44,656 bases of DNA from the sequence record OR594179, one strand, 5' to 3'. Below, in pieces: positions 24,774-34,968 of the stretch. The position numbers were made by a program, and so were the translations under genes. Source of the DNA: Escherichia phage vB_EcoM_SHAK7163. Within the stretch, counting starts at the first letter, position 1, and every line of letters begins with the position of its first letter. The notes under the pieces are model-generated. The model ran no database searches and was not told the origin of the DNA. It saw nothing but the letters and a program-made list of their open reading frames with translations.

Positions 24774-25511
24774 ATGCCTGTAATTAGACAAACCAGTAAA
24801 GTAGGACACATGATGGAAGATGTGGCCTTCCAGATTATTGATAGTAAACTTGAAGCGGTCAACCTGTGTATGCGAGCTATTGGTCGTGAGGGTGTGGATT
24901 CTCTCGACTCAGGGGACTTGGACGCAGAAGATGCAAGCAAGATGATCGACATCGTATCCCAGCGGTTCCAGTACAACAAAGGGGGTGGCTGGTGGTTCAA
25001 TCGTGAACCAAACTGGCAGATTGCACCTGATACCAATGGTGAAGTCAATTTACCTAACAACTGCCTAGCAGTATTGCAGTGTTATGCTTTAGGTGAAAAG
25101 AAAGTACCTATGACTATGCGAGCAGGTAAGCTCTACTCTACTTGGAGTCACACCTTTGATATGCGTAAGCATGTTAATGCGAATGGTATGATTCGTCTTA
25201 CCTTACTCACCTTACTACCCTACGAGCATTTACCTACAAGTGTAATGCAGGCTATTGCCTATCAAGCTGCTGTAGAGTTTATTGTGTCTAAGGATGCAGA
25301 TCAGACTAAGCTAGCCACTGCGCAGCAGATAGCCACTCAGCTTCTTATGGATGTACAATCTGAGCAAATGTCACAGAAGCGATTAAACATGCTGGTACAT
25401 AACCCCACTCAGCGTCAGTTTGGTATCATGGCAGGTGGTTCTCAGAATGTACCTGCTTACTCTCATTCACCATATGACAGTTGGGCACTTCGTCCGTGGG
25501 AGGATCGTTAA
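24774..25511 (+). CDS. tail tubular protein A (gp11-like)
   Basis: ATG 3 nt after AGGAGGA; position and W.FNRE-type motif as T7 gp11. Confidence 0.75.
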   Translation: MPVIRQTSKVGHMMEDVAFQIIDSKLEAVNLCMRAIGREGVDSLDSGDLDAEDASKMIDIVSQRFQYNKGGGWWFNREPNWQIAPDTNGEVNLPNNCLAVLQCYALGEKKVPMTMRAGKLYSTWSHTFDMRKHVNANGMIRLTLLTLLPYEHLPTSVMQAIAYQAAVEFIVSKDADQTKLATAQQIATQLLMDVQSEQMSQKRLNMLVHNPTQRQFGIMAGGSQNVPAYSHSPYDSWALRPWEDR

Positions 25512-27913
25512 TGGAAGTACAAGGTTCATTAGGTAGACAAATCCAAGGGATTAGCCAGCAGCCGCCAGCGGTACGCTTGGATGGTCAGTGCACAGCTATG
25601 GTTAATATGATACCTGATGTAGTGAATGGTACTCAATCACGCATGGGTACAACTCATATTGCAAAGATACTTGATGCGGGGACTGATGACATGGCTACTC
25701 ATCATTATCGCAGAGGTGATGGTGATGAAGAGTATTTCTTCACGTTGAAGAAAGGACAAGTTCCTGAGATATTTGATAAGTATGGGCGCAAATGTAATGT
25801 GACTTCACAAGATGCACCTATGACCTACCTATCTGAGGTTGTTAATCCAAGGGAAGATGTGCAATTCATGACGATAGCTGATGTTACTTTTATGCTTAAC
25901 CGTAGGAAAGTGGTTAAAGTTAGTAATAGGAAGTCACCTAAAGTTGGAGATAAAGCCATTGTGTTTTGTGCATATGGTCAATACGGTACATCTTATTCTA
26001 TCATAATTGATGGAACTACAGCTGCTAGTTTTAAAACACCAGATGGGGGAAGTGCAGACCATGTTGAACAAATTCGAACTGAACGTATCACTTCTGAATT
26101 GTACTCTAAGTTGCAGCAATGGAGCGGTGTGAGTGACTATGAAATACAAAGAGACGGTACTAGTATATTTATCGAGAGACGGGATGGTGCTAACTTTACA
26201 ATAACAACCACCGATGGTGCAAAAGGTAAGGACTTAGTGGCTATCAAGAATAAGGTTAGCTCTACTGACCTACTCCCTTCTCGTGCGCCTGCTGGTTATA
26301 AAGTACAAGTGTGGCCTACTGGCAGCAAACCTGAGTCTCGTTACTGGCTGCAAGCTGAGCCTAAAGAGGGAAACCTTGTGTCTTGGAAAGAAACAATAGC
26401 TGCTGATGTATTACTTGGGTTTGATAAAGTCACAATGCCTTACATTATTGAACGTACAGGTATCATCGACGGCATAGCTCAATTCAAGATAAGACAAGGT
26501 GATTGGGAAGATCGTAAAGTAGGGGATGACTTGACTAACCCTATGCCCTCTTTTATTGATGAGGAAGTACCCCAGACAATAGGTGGAATGTTCATGGTGC
26601 AGAACCGCCTATGCTTTACAGCAGGTGAAGCGGTTATTGCTTCTCGTACATCATACTTCTTCGATTTCTTTCGTTATACGGTTATCTCTGCATTGGCAAC
26701 TGACCCATTTGATATCTTCTCAGATGCTAGTGAAGTCTACCAGCTAAAACATGCAGTGACCTTAGATGGCGCTACCGTGTTGTTTTCTGATAAGTCACAA
26801 TTCATACTGCCAGGCGATAAGCCTTTAGAGAAGTCAAATGCACTGCTTAAGCCTGTTACAACATTTGAAGTGAACAATAAAGTGAAGCCAGTAGTAACTG
26901 GTGAATCGGTAATGTTTGCCACTAACGATGGTGCTTACTCTGGTGTCCGAGAGTTCTATACAGACTCTTATAGTGACACTAAGAAGGCACAAGCAATCAC
27001 AAGTCATGTGAATAAGCTTATCGAAGGTAACATTATCAACATGGCAGCAAGTACCAATGTCAACCGATTGCTTGTCACTACTGATAAGTATCGTAACATA
27101 ATTTATTGCTATGATTGGTTATGGCAAGGTACAGACCGTGTACAATCAGCATGGCATGTATGGGAGTGGCCTATGGGTACAAAGGTGCGAGGTATGTTTT
27201 ATTCTGGTGAATTACTTTATCTACTCCTTGAGCGAGGCGATGGCGTCTATCTGGAGAAGATGGACATGGGTGATGCACTAACCTATGGTTTGAATGACCG
27301 CATCAGAATGGATAGGCAAGCAGAGTTAATCTTCAAGCATTTTAAAGCAGAAGATGAATGGATATCTGAACCACTTCCTTGGACTCCTACTAACCCAGAA
27401 CTTTTGGATTGCATCTTAATAGAAGGGTGGGATTCATATATTGGAGGTTCTTTCCTGTTCAAATATAACCCTAGTGATAACACCTTGTCTACAACCTTTG
27501 ACATGCATGATGATAACCACGTAAAAGCGAAGGTTATTGTTGGTCAGATTTACCCTCAGGAGTTTGAACCTACACCTGTAGTTATCAGAGATAGGCAAGA
27601 TCGTGTATCCTATATTGATGTACCTGTTGTGGGGTTGGTTCACCTTAATCTTGATATGTATCCTGATTTCTCTGTGGAAGTTAAGAATGTGAAGAGTGGT
27701 AAAGTACGCAGGGTGCTAGCGTCAAACCGTATAGGTGGTGCTCTCAACAACACAGTAGGTTATGTTGAACCAAGGGAGGGTGTCTTCAGATTCCCACTGA
27801 GGGCTAAGAGTACGGATGCTGTTTATCGTATTATTATAGAATCACCTCATACATTCCAGCTTCGCGATATTGAGTGGGAAGGGAGCTACAATCCAACCAA
27901 AAGGAGGGTCTAA
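25511..27913 (+). CDS. tail tubular protein B (gp12-like)
   Basis: 800 aa; N-terminal QIQGISQQPPAVRLDGQC resembles T7 gp12 N-terminus (NLKGGISQQPDILRYPDQG). Confidence 0.85.
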   Translation: MEVQGSLGRQIQGISQQPPAVRLDGQCTAMVNMIPDVVNGTQSRMGTTHIAKILDAGTDDMATHHYRRGDGDEEYFFTLKKGQVPEIFDKYGRKCNVTSQDAPMTYLSEVVNPREDVQFMTIADVTFMLNRRKVVKVSNRKSPKVGDKAIVFCAYGQYGTSYSIIIDGTTAASFKTPDGGSADHVEQIRTERITSELYSKLQQWSGVSDYEIQRDGTSIFIERRDGANFTITTTDGAKGKDLVAIKNKVSSTDLLPSRAPAGYKVQVWPTGSKPESRYWLQAEPKEGNLVSWKETIAADVLLGFDKVTMPYIIERTGIIDGIAQFKIRQGDWEDRKVGDDLTNPMPSFIDEEVPQTIGGMFMVQNRLCFTAGEAVIASRTSYFFDFFRYTVISALATDPFDIFSDASEVYQLKHAVTLDGATVLFSDKSQFILPGDKPLEKSNALLKPVTTFEVNNKVKPVVTGESVMFATNDGAYSGVREFYTDSYSDTKKAQAITSHVNKLIEGNIINMAASTNVNRLLVTTDKYRNIIYCYDWLWQGTDRVQSAWHVWEWPMGTKVRGMFYSGELLYLLLERGDGVYLEKMDMGDALTYGLNDRIRMDRQAELIFKHFKAEDEWISEPLPWTPTNPELLDCILIEGWDSYIGGSFLFKYNPSDNTLSTTFDMHDDNHVKAKVIVGQIYPQEFEPTPVVIRDRQDRVSYIDVPVVGLVHLNLDMYPDFSVEVKNVKSGKVRRVLASNRIGGALNNTVGYVEPREGVFRFPLRAKSTDAVYRIIIESPHTFQLRDIEWEGSYNPTKRRV

Positions 27914-28635
27914 TGGCTATAGGTTCAGCCGTTATGGCTGGTATGTCTTCTATTGGTAGCATGTTTGCAGGCAGTGGTGCAGCAGCCGCTGCTGGAGGTG
28001 CTGCCGCAGGTGGCGGAGGTTTGCTAGGTTCACTAGGTGGATTCCTAAGTGGCTCTACTGCTGGTTTCTCTAATGCTGGCCTTCTTGGTGCTGGCCTTCA
28101 AGGGTTAGGCTTGATTGGTGATCTATTTGGTGGAAGTGATGAAGCCAAGGCGATGAAGAAAGCACAAGAAGAGCAATGGCGGCAGCAGCTTATTGCTACA
28201 CAAGAGGCGTACAAGACAGTGGCAGACGCAGAACGTTCTGCTGCTAAACAATATCATGCAGATGCAATCAGTAATCAGGCTTCACTGCTACAGCAGCGAG
28301 CACAGGTTGCATTACTTGCTGGGGCTACTGGTACTGGTGGTAATTCTGTGTCCTCTATGCTTAATGACTTAGCAGCAGATGGCGGCAGGAACCAGAGTAC
28401 TATCATTGATAACTATGAGAATCAGAAGATTAATTTCACCAACCAGCTTAAATCTATCCAACGTGGTGGTCAGATGCAGATGCGTGAGTTTAAGAAGCCT
28501 TCTGCTATGAATACCTTGGTTAAAGGTATTCCAAGTCTGGCATCTGCCTATGTAACTGGTAGTAAGTCTGGCAAGGCATTGGGTAAAGCCTTAACTGATT
28601 CTCGCACATATTCATCTGGAACAAGGGGTATTTAA
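27913..28635 (+). CDS. internal virion protein (gp13/gp14-like), Gly/Ala-rich
   Basis: ATG overlapping upstream stop; N-terminal Gly/Ala-rich low-complexity segment; position. Confidence 0.6.
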   Translation: MAIGSAVMAGMSSIGSMFAGSGAAAAAGGAAAGGGGLLGSLGGFLSGSTAGFSNAGLLGAGLQGLGLIGDLFGGSDEAKAMKKAQEEQWRQQLIATQEAYKTVADAERSAAKQYHADAISNQASLLQQRAQVALLAGATGTGGNSVSSMLNDLAADGGRNQSTIIDNYENQKINFTNQLKSIQRGGQMQMREFKKPSAMNTLVKGIPSLASAYVTGSKSGKALGKALTDSRTYSSGTRGI

Positions 28636-31583
28636 TGGCAATTGAGCGACAAGCAATACAAGGTCTGCCACAAGTGCAGGCCACTTCTCCTAATGTCATG
28701 ACCTTTGCACCTCAACAAGTGGGAGGTGTGGAGGCTGGCGTGGCTTCTACCTCCGGTAGTAGATTTATCGAAGACCTTATTCGTGCAGCAAGCAGCGTGG
28801 CTGATGTTACCACTGGTATCCTTAATCAGAAGATTGAGGAAGATAAGGTTGTTCAAATGGAACGGGCATATAACGGATTAATGCCTTCTGAGGATGCAAC
28901 TCGTGGTGGCGCTCGTGCTAACATGCTTGTCAAAGCTCAACTGCTAGCTAATGATGAAGCAGCACGAATGAAAGACATGGCTACTCGTTTCCAAGGGACG
29001 GATGACGAGTGGACACAACTTATGGTTGACTCTCGTAATGAGATGCAGAATAAGCTGTTCCAGCAATACCCTGAGTTGCAAGGTGACAAAGATACTATGC
29101 GTATGGTCACTAATGTCTTCCAAGAACAGCAGCCTCAGATTTGGGCTACACGGACCCAGCATAAACTTGACCGTGAACAAGCAGACCGTGAGGACACCTT
29201 TGACGGGCGAGTGGCTTCTACTTGGGATTCTAATATTGACCCTGAAGCTTCTGGCTATGCTTTACAGGAACGAATCCGCGAAGGTCTTACTCAAGGGTTA
29301 CTACCTGAACAGATGTACAAGAAGTTAGTCCAGCGAGCAATTTCACTTGCACAAGGCGGTGATGTTAGCATGGCTGAAGCCCTGAAGTATGTGAAGGACG
29401 ATAAGGGTGTTTCTGTTTATGCTAAGAATCCACAGCTTATCACAGCCATCACTAGTGGTAATGCAGTTTGGGCTAGGAATAATGTAGCTGATGTAACTCG
29501 TATGTCTTTCGAAGTTAAAGAATCCTACCTTGCAGGTGATTTAACTGATGAAGAATTGTTGGAACGAGCACAGCACATTAATAATCTGACAGGTAACTCT
29601 GTCTTCTCTAATCCAGAACTAGAGGCACTGATGCGCCAACGGGCTAAGCAGAATGCAGAGCTAGGTGCAATGCAGGATATGCGACGTGAGCTTTACTCCG
29701 ATCGCCTGACTGGCTTCCAAGGTAAGACTGACAAAGAGAAGAAGGCTTACATTGATGTTATCAAACAGGATAGCCAACTTTATGCAGACCAGCAAATCAA
29801 ACAACGTGGCTTGGACCCTTACAGTCAAGAGGCTGAAGCTATTCGTGGTGCAGTGGAAGTGCAGCGCCTGCAATTCATGAACTCCAAAGGCTTAGTGGAT
29901 GATACCTTTGAGTCTCGTATCAAAGCCATGGAATCTATGCTATCGCCTGAGCACTTTGCCAAGGGCGAACCACAGGAGTTGATGACTATTCGCCAGTTGT
30001 GGGAACAGTTACCAGAAGAGAGCCGAGGTGTCTTTGGTGACACGGTGAATGGCTATATGGATAACTACAACACTGCACTACAAATGGGAGAGACACCTTT
30101 GCAGGCTGCAAGGTTTGCGCGTGAAGCACAGCAGAAATTCTCTCGTACTGAGAAGGAAACCAAGAAGTTCAACTCAGCTATTGGAGATGCACTGGATGAG
30201 GTATCTGGTGCTGGCTGGTTTGATGGTAAAACCGAAGTGTCAGACTTAGGTAAAGCTATTGCGGAAGAAGAGTTACGAGCTAAGGCCAATATGTTGTGGT
30301 CTAGTGGTATGCGTAACATGGACTCCATCAAGAAGGCTTTAATTACTTGGGGCAATAAACGCTACACTCAATCAGAGGATGCAAAGACTTCCGGTGGCTA
30401 TTTCATTAAAGGTGATTACACTTCTGCATCTGATATGCTTATGTCAGTTGGGAAAGGCGTAAACCCTACCGATGTACCTCTGGCGCTTGGTAGATATGTA
30501 GAAACACAGATGCCAGAATTGAAGAAGGAGCTTCAAGAGTGGGAAACTAAAGATGATATATACATTGATTACAATGAACAGAAAGGAACTTTTGTGATTC
30601 GTGCTGGTGCAGCAGGTCGCCCTCTTTCTGGAGTAATCCCTGTAACCTCTTTAGATACTACTTCACTACTAGATTCTGCCTATCAGAAGAAAGTAGAGGA
30701 ACGAGATAAAGGCGAGTATGTTCACCCGTATCGTACAGATATTGGTGCACAAGAGTCTATGCCAGCTAAACCAACTGCCAAAGATATTGGTAAATTTGGA
30801 CTAGCTAACTTCCTCATGTCTTCTGCTTTTGCTTCTGGTGAGAATCTGCCTTCTAACTTCGAGATTAACTATCGAGGTAATATGCAACAATTCTATGACA
30901 AGCTAGCTATGGATGAGAATAAAGATAAAGTTGGCTTTAATAAGGCAACTGGAACCTTTACTCCATATAAAGACGCTCACGGTGAGTCTATCGGTTACGG
31001 TCATTTCTTAACGGAAGAAGAGAAGCGAAACGGGTATATTAAGATTGGCGATGAACTAGTTCCCTATCGAGGGTCTATGTCTCAGCTTACAGAGAGCAAG
31101 GCTCGCGCTCTTATGGAGCAAGATGCTAAGAAGCATGTGCCTCCTACTCGTGACTGGAAGATTCCGTTTGACCAGATGCATCCTGCACAGCAACGTGGCT
31201 TGATGGATTTAACCTACAATTTAGGTAAAGGTGGAATCCAGAACTCACCGCGTGCTCTTGCTGCATTCAAAGCTGGTAAGCTTACGGAAGGCTTTATCGA
31301 AATGCTGGGCACTGCATCAAGTGAAGGTAAGCGTATTCCTGGCCTATTGAAGCGACGCGCTGAGGCATACAATATGGCATCTGCTGGTGGTGTGCCTAAG
31401 ATTACCGAAGTGGAGACTCGTGAAGATGGCTCCATGTGGGTTAGGTTTGGTGGACCTATGCCAGCAGGTTCTGTCTCGGCATGGACTCATAAACGTATTG
31501 GCGAGGATGGTTGGTATCAGGTTTATGAGGCTGCACCTACCAAGTTAGCTAAAGGTTCTAAGGTAGGTAAAGTTAAGTTGTAG
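28635..31583 (+). CDS. internal virion (ejection) protein with C-terminal lysozyme-like muralytic domain
   Basis: 982 aa; C-terminal region GESIGYGHFLTEEE...LMDLTYNLGKGG...GLLKRRAEAY resembles T4-lysozyme-type motifs (TIGIGHLLTK, ALINMVFQMGETG). Confidence 0.8.
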   Translation: MAIERQAIQGLPQVQATSPNVMTFAPQQVGGVEAGVASTSGSRFIEDLIRAASSVADVTTGILNQKIEEDKVVQMERAYNGLMPSEDATRGGARANMLVKAQLLANDEAARMKDMATRFQGTDDEWTQLMVDSRNEMQNKLFQQYPELQGDKDTMRMVTNVFQEQQPQIWATRTQHKLDREQADREDTFDGRVASTWDSNIDPEASGYALQERIREGLTQGLLPEQMYKKLVQRAISLAQGGDVSMAEALKYVKDDKGVSVYAKNPQLITAITSGNAVWARNNVADVTRMSFEVKESYLAGDLTDEELLERAQHINNLTGNSVFSNPELEALMRQRAKQNAELGAMQDMRRELYSDRLTGFQGKTDKEKKAYIDVIKQDSQLYADQQIKQRGLDPYSQEAEAIRGAVEVQRLQFMNSKGLVDDTFESRIKAMESMLSPEHFAKGEPQELMTIRQLWEQLPEESRGVFGDTVNGYMDNYNTALQMGETPLQAARFAREAQQKFSRTEKETKKFNSAIGDALDEVSGAGWFDGKTEVSDLGKAIAEEELRAKANMLWSSGMRNMDSIKKALITWGNKRYTQSEDAKTSGGYFIKGDYTSASDMLMSVGKGVNPTDVPLALGRYVETQMPELKKELQEWETKDDIYIDYNEQKGTFVIRAGAAGRPLSGVIPVTSLDTTSLLDSAYQKKVEERDKGEYVHPYRTDIGAQESMPAKPTAKDIGKFGLANFLMSSAFASGENLPSNFEINYRGNMQQFYDKLAMDENKDKVGFNKATGTFTPYKDAHGESIGYGHFLTEEEKRNGYIKIGDELVPYRGSMSQLTESKARALMEQDAKKHVPPTRDWKIPFDQMHPAQQRGLMDLTYNLGKGGIQNSPRALAAFKAGKLTEGFIEMLGTASSEGKRIPGLLKRRAEAYNMASAGGVPKITEVETREDGSMWVRFGGPMPAGSVSAWTHKRIGEDGWYQVYEAAPTKLAKGSKVGKVKL

Positions 31584-31600
31584 TACCTAACTCAAGGCTT

Positions 31601-31616
31601 GTCTCACATGTGAGAC
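31601..31616. repeat. 16-bp perfect palindrome GTCTCACATGTGAGAC (copy 6, extended stem)
   Basis: GCTTGTCTCACATGTGAGACAGGTC then CTTTATG; lies between two internal virion protein genes. Confidence 0.9.
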
Positions 31617-31647
31617 AGGTCTTTATGATAGGCACTATGGAGGAATT

Positions 31648-34600
31648 ATGGAACAAGACATTAAGACTAATTGGGCTGGATATGTCCAGTCTACTCCTGA
31701 GCCGTTTTCTATTGAGGCGGCTCCGGTATCGGCTCCTACGATACGCCAGCGTAATGAGTTACAAGAGCAAGTTCTTGAAGCTAAAGCTGACGCTGATATT
31801 TTAGGTGCTGTAGGTGCTGCCTTCCAGAATGAGTGGTTGGCATTCGGAGGCAAGCGGTGGTATGACCGTGCCACTGCTGATTTCACACCTCAACCAGACT
31901 TTGAGATACAACCTGAGCAACGTGAAGCACTACGTTTCAAATATGGTACGGATATGATGCAGACAATCACTGAGGGTGTTCGTTCTGAGGATGAATTGAA
32001 CTTCCGTATTCAGAATGCTGATGAAGACCTTGAGCGCAATAAGCGCATTGCTCAGGCTGGCTGGGTTGGCTCTGTGGCGACGATTGGCGCTGCTGTGCTT
32101 GACCCTGTGGGATGGGTTGCCTCTATTCCAACCGGCGGTGCCGCTAAAGTTGGACTCGTAGGCCGTGCTGTGCGTGGCGCTATCGCCGCTGGCGTGAGTA
32201 ATGCCGCTATTGAATCCGTATTGGTCCAAGGTGACATGACTCGTGATTTAGATGACATTATGGTAGCACTAGGCTCCGGTATGGCTATGGGTGGCGTTAT
32301 TGGCGCTGTAGCGCGTGGTAGGGCCACTAAGCTCAGTGAGCAAGGTGATGACAGGGCTGCGAGCGTTGTGCGCAGTGCAGACGCAGGGGACCGCTATGTG
32401 CGTGCTGTTGCTGATGACAGTATCGGTGCGATGCGTGTTAAGGGTGAAGAGGTACTCACTGAGGGTGCATTCGATATCTCTAGCAAAGGTGAAGATTTGC
32501 TGAAAACCCTACAGCGGGAAGGTAATGCAATTGATATGACACCTCGCCGCTGGGCCGGAACTATGTCTGCCCTTGGGACTGTCGTGCACTCCTCTCAGGA
32601 TGCTAGTGTACGTGGCCTAGGTGCTCGCCTGTTTGAGTCTCCGCAAGGCTTAGGTATGCAGAAGGCCTCTGCTAGTCTCATGCAGAATACTAATTTGAAC
32701 CGTCTGAAATCTGCTGATATGAACCGCTTCAATGATGGGTTTGATTTGTGGCTTAAAGAGAATAATATCAATCCAGTGTCAGGACATACCAACTCTCACT
32801 ATGTGCAGCAATATAATGAGAAGGTATGGGAAGCTGTACGCATCGGTATGGATGAGTCTACGCCTAAGTCTATCCGTATGGCAGCAGAGGGGCAGCAAGC
32901 TATGTATCGTGAAGCATTAGCATTACGGAAGCGCTCTGGTGAAGCTGGTTTTGAAAACATTAAAGCAGATGATAAGTATATGCCTGATATCTTTGACACT
33001 ATGAAAGCTCGCCGTCAATTTGATAGGATAGGAAAGGATATAGATAAAGAAGACATCATCGAACTTTTCTCTCGTGCCTACCAGAATGGTTCTCGTAAGA
33101 TTCCAAAGGAAGTGGCTGATGATATTGCACGAGCACAAGTAAACCGCGTTGCTGATGCCACCTTGACCGGACAGCTTAGCTTTGAAAAGGCTATGTCTGG
33201 TCAAACCAAAGCAGAATATGAAGCACTCATGCGCAAAGCAGGCTTTAGTGATGAAGAGATTGAAAAGATGGTAGAAGCTCTGGATAATAAAGAAACCAGA
33301 GATAATATCTCTAACCGAGCTAAGATGAGTTTAGGCTTAGATGTTACTCAAGAGTACAATGGTATTCGTATGCGTGACTTTATGAACACTAACGTGGAAG
33401 AGTTAACAGATAACTACATGAAGGAAGCGGCAGGTGGTGCTGCCTTGGCTCGTCAAGGTTTCTCTACCTATCAGGCTGCACTTAATGCAATTGATCTTGT
33501 AGAGCGAAATGCACGAAATGCAGCTAAAGATACAAAAGCACACGCACAATTTGAAGCGGAGTCGGCTAAGATCCGTCAATCAGAGCCTGATTACAAGAAG
33601 GCACAAGAGAAGATTGAAGAGTTAAAGAAGCAACTTAAATTGAAAGAGAAAGATGAAGCAGCGGGTCTGGCTATTGATGAAGAAATCCGTCAGATGCGAG
33701 AAGGGCTTCGCTTAATTATGGGTAAATCTATCGATGCAGACCCACAGGCTTTATCTACTAAAATGCTGCGTCGTGGTCGTGACATTACAGGTGTACTTCG
33801 CTTAGGTCAAATGGGCTTCGCACAGCTAGGTGAACTTGCTAACTTCATGGGTGAGTTTGGTATTGCTGCAACCACTATAGCTTTAGGTAAGCAATTCCGC
33901 TTTACATCTAAGGCTTTGCGGAGCGGTGATGGCTTCTTCCGAGATAAGAACTTGGCAGAAGTAGAGAGGATGGTAGGTTACATTGGTGAAGACAACTGGC
34001 TAACAACTAAGGGTGCGCGTCCAGATGAGTTTGGTGATGTAACCACAGTGCGAGGTATGATGGCTCACTTTGACCAATCCATGAACTCAATACGTCGTGC
34101 TCAAACCAACCTATCACTCTTCCGCATGGCACAGGGTTCTCTGGAGCGAATGACCAATAGGCAAATAGCTTTGTCTTTCATTGACCACCTTGAAGGCAAG
34201 AAGATTATTCCTCAGAAGAAACTGGAGGAACTTGGTCTTACTCAGGAGTTCATGACTAACCTACAGAAGCACTATGATGCTAACTCTAAAGGTTCTGGCT
34301 TGCTTGGCTTTGATACAATGCCTTATGCCATGGGTGAAACTTTAGCTAATGCTATTCGTCGTAAGTCAGGTCTAATTATCCAACGTAACTTCATTGGTGA
34401 TGAAGGTATCTGGATGAACAAAGCACTAGGTAAGACATTTGCACAGCTTAAGTCATTCTCTCTTGTATCTGGTGAGAAGCAATTTGGTCGAGGGATTCGC
34501 CACGATAAAATTGGTCTTGCTAAGAAGACAGCTTACGGGTTTGCTTTGGGTTCAATAGTGTATGCGGCAAAAGCCTATGTGAACTCTATTGGGCGAGAAG

Positions 34601-34968
34601 ACCAAGATGAATACTTGGAAGAGAAGTTATCGCCTAAAGGGTTGGCCTTTGGTGCAATGGGTATGATGAGTACAACTGCTGTATTTAGTCTAGGTGGAGA
34701 TTTCTTAGGTGGCCTAGGTGTTCTGCCCTCTGAGTTAGTACAATCCCGTTATGAGGCTGGCTTTCAGACTAGGGGTTTGATAGACCAAATACCACTAGTA
34801 GGTGTTGGTCAAGATGCATATCGTTTAGCAGATTCTATAACTAAATATGCAGAGGGTGATACAGAAGGTGTAGATGTGGCACGTAGGGCTTTACGCTTAG
34901 TGCCTCTAACTAATGTAATAGGAATACAGAACGCATTGCGTTATGGCTTAGATGAACTGGAGGATTGA
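31648..34968 (+). CDS. internal virion protein (gp16-like, large)
   Basis: 1106 aa, positional equivalent of T7 gp16; no lytic transglycosylase motif recognised. Confidence 0.7.
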   Translation: MEQDIKTNWAGYVQSTPEPFSIEAAPVSAPTIRQRNELQEQVLEAKADADILGAVGAAFQNEWLAFGGKRWYDRATADFTPQPDFEIQPEQREALRFKYGTDMMQTITEGVRSEDELNFRIQNADEDLERNKRIAQAGWVGSVATIGAAVLDPVGWVASIPTGGAAKVGLVGRAVRGAIAAGVSNAAIESVLVQGDMTRDLDDIMVALGSGMAMGGVIGAVARGRATKLSEQGDDRAASVVRSADAGDRYVRAVADDSIGAMRVKGEEVLTEGAFDISSKGEDLLKTLQREGNAIDMTPRRWAGTMSALGTVVHSSQDASVRGLGARLFESPQGLGMQKASASLMQNTNLNRLKSADMNRFNDGFDLWLKENNINPVSGHTNSHYVQQYNEKVWEAVRIGMDESTPKSIRMAAEGQQAMYREALALRKRSGEAGFENIKADDKYMPDIFDTMKARRQFDRIGKDIDKEDIIELFSRAYQNGSRKIPKEVADDIARAQVNRVADATLTGQLSFEKAMSGQTKAEYEALMRKAGFSDEEIEKMVEALDNKETRDNISNRAKMSLGLDVTQEYNGIRMRDFMNTNVEELTDNYMKEAAGGAALARQGFSTYQAALNAIDLVERNARNAAKDTKAHAQFEAESAKIRQSEPDYKKAQEKIEELKKQLKLKEKDEAAGLAIDEEIRQMREGLRLIMGKSIDADPQALSTKMLRRGRDITGVLRLGQMGFAQLGELANFMGEFGIAATTIALGKQFRFTSKALRSGDGFFRDKNLAEVERMVGYIGEDNWLTTKGARPDEFGDVTTVRGMMAHFDQSMNSIRRAQTNLSLFRMAQGSLERMTNRQIALSFIDHLEGKKIIPQKKLEELGLTQEFMTNLQKHYDANSKGSGLLGFDTMPYAMGETLANAIRRKSGLIIQRNFIGDEGIWMNKALGKTFAQLKSFSLVSGEKQFGRGIRHDKIGLAKKTAYGFALGSIVYAAKAYVNSIGREDQDEYLEEKLSPKGLAFGAMGMMSTTAVFSLGGDFLGGLGVLPSELVQSRYEAGFQTRGLIDQIPLVGVGQDAYRLADSITKYAEGDTEGVDVARRALRLVPLTNVIGIQNALRYGLDELED

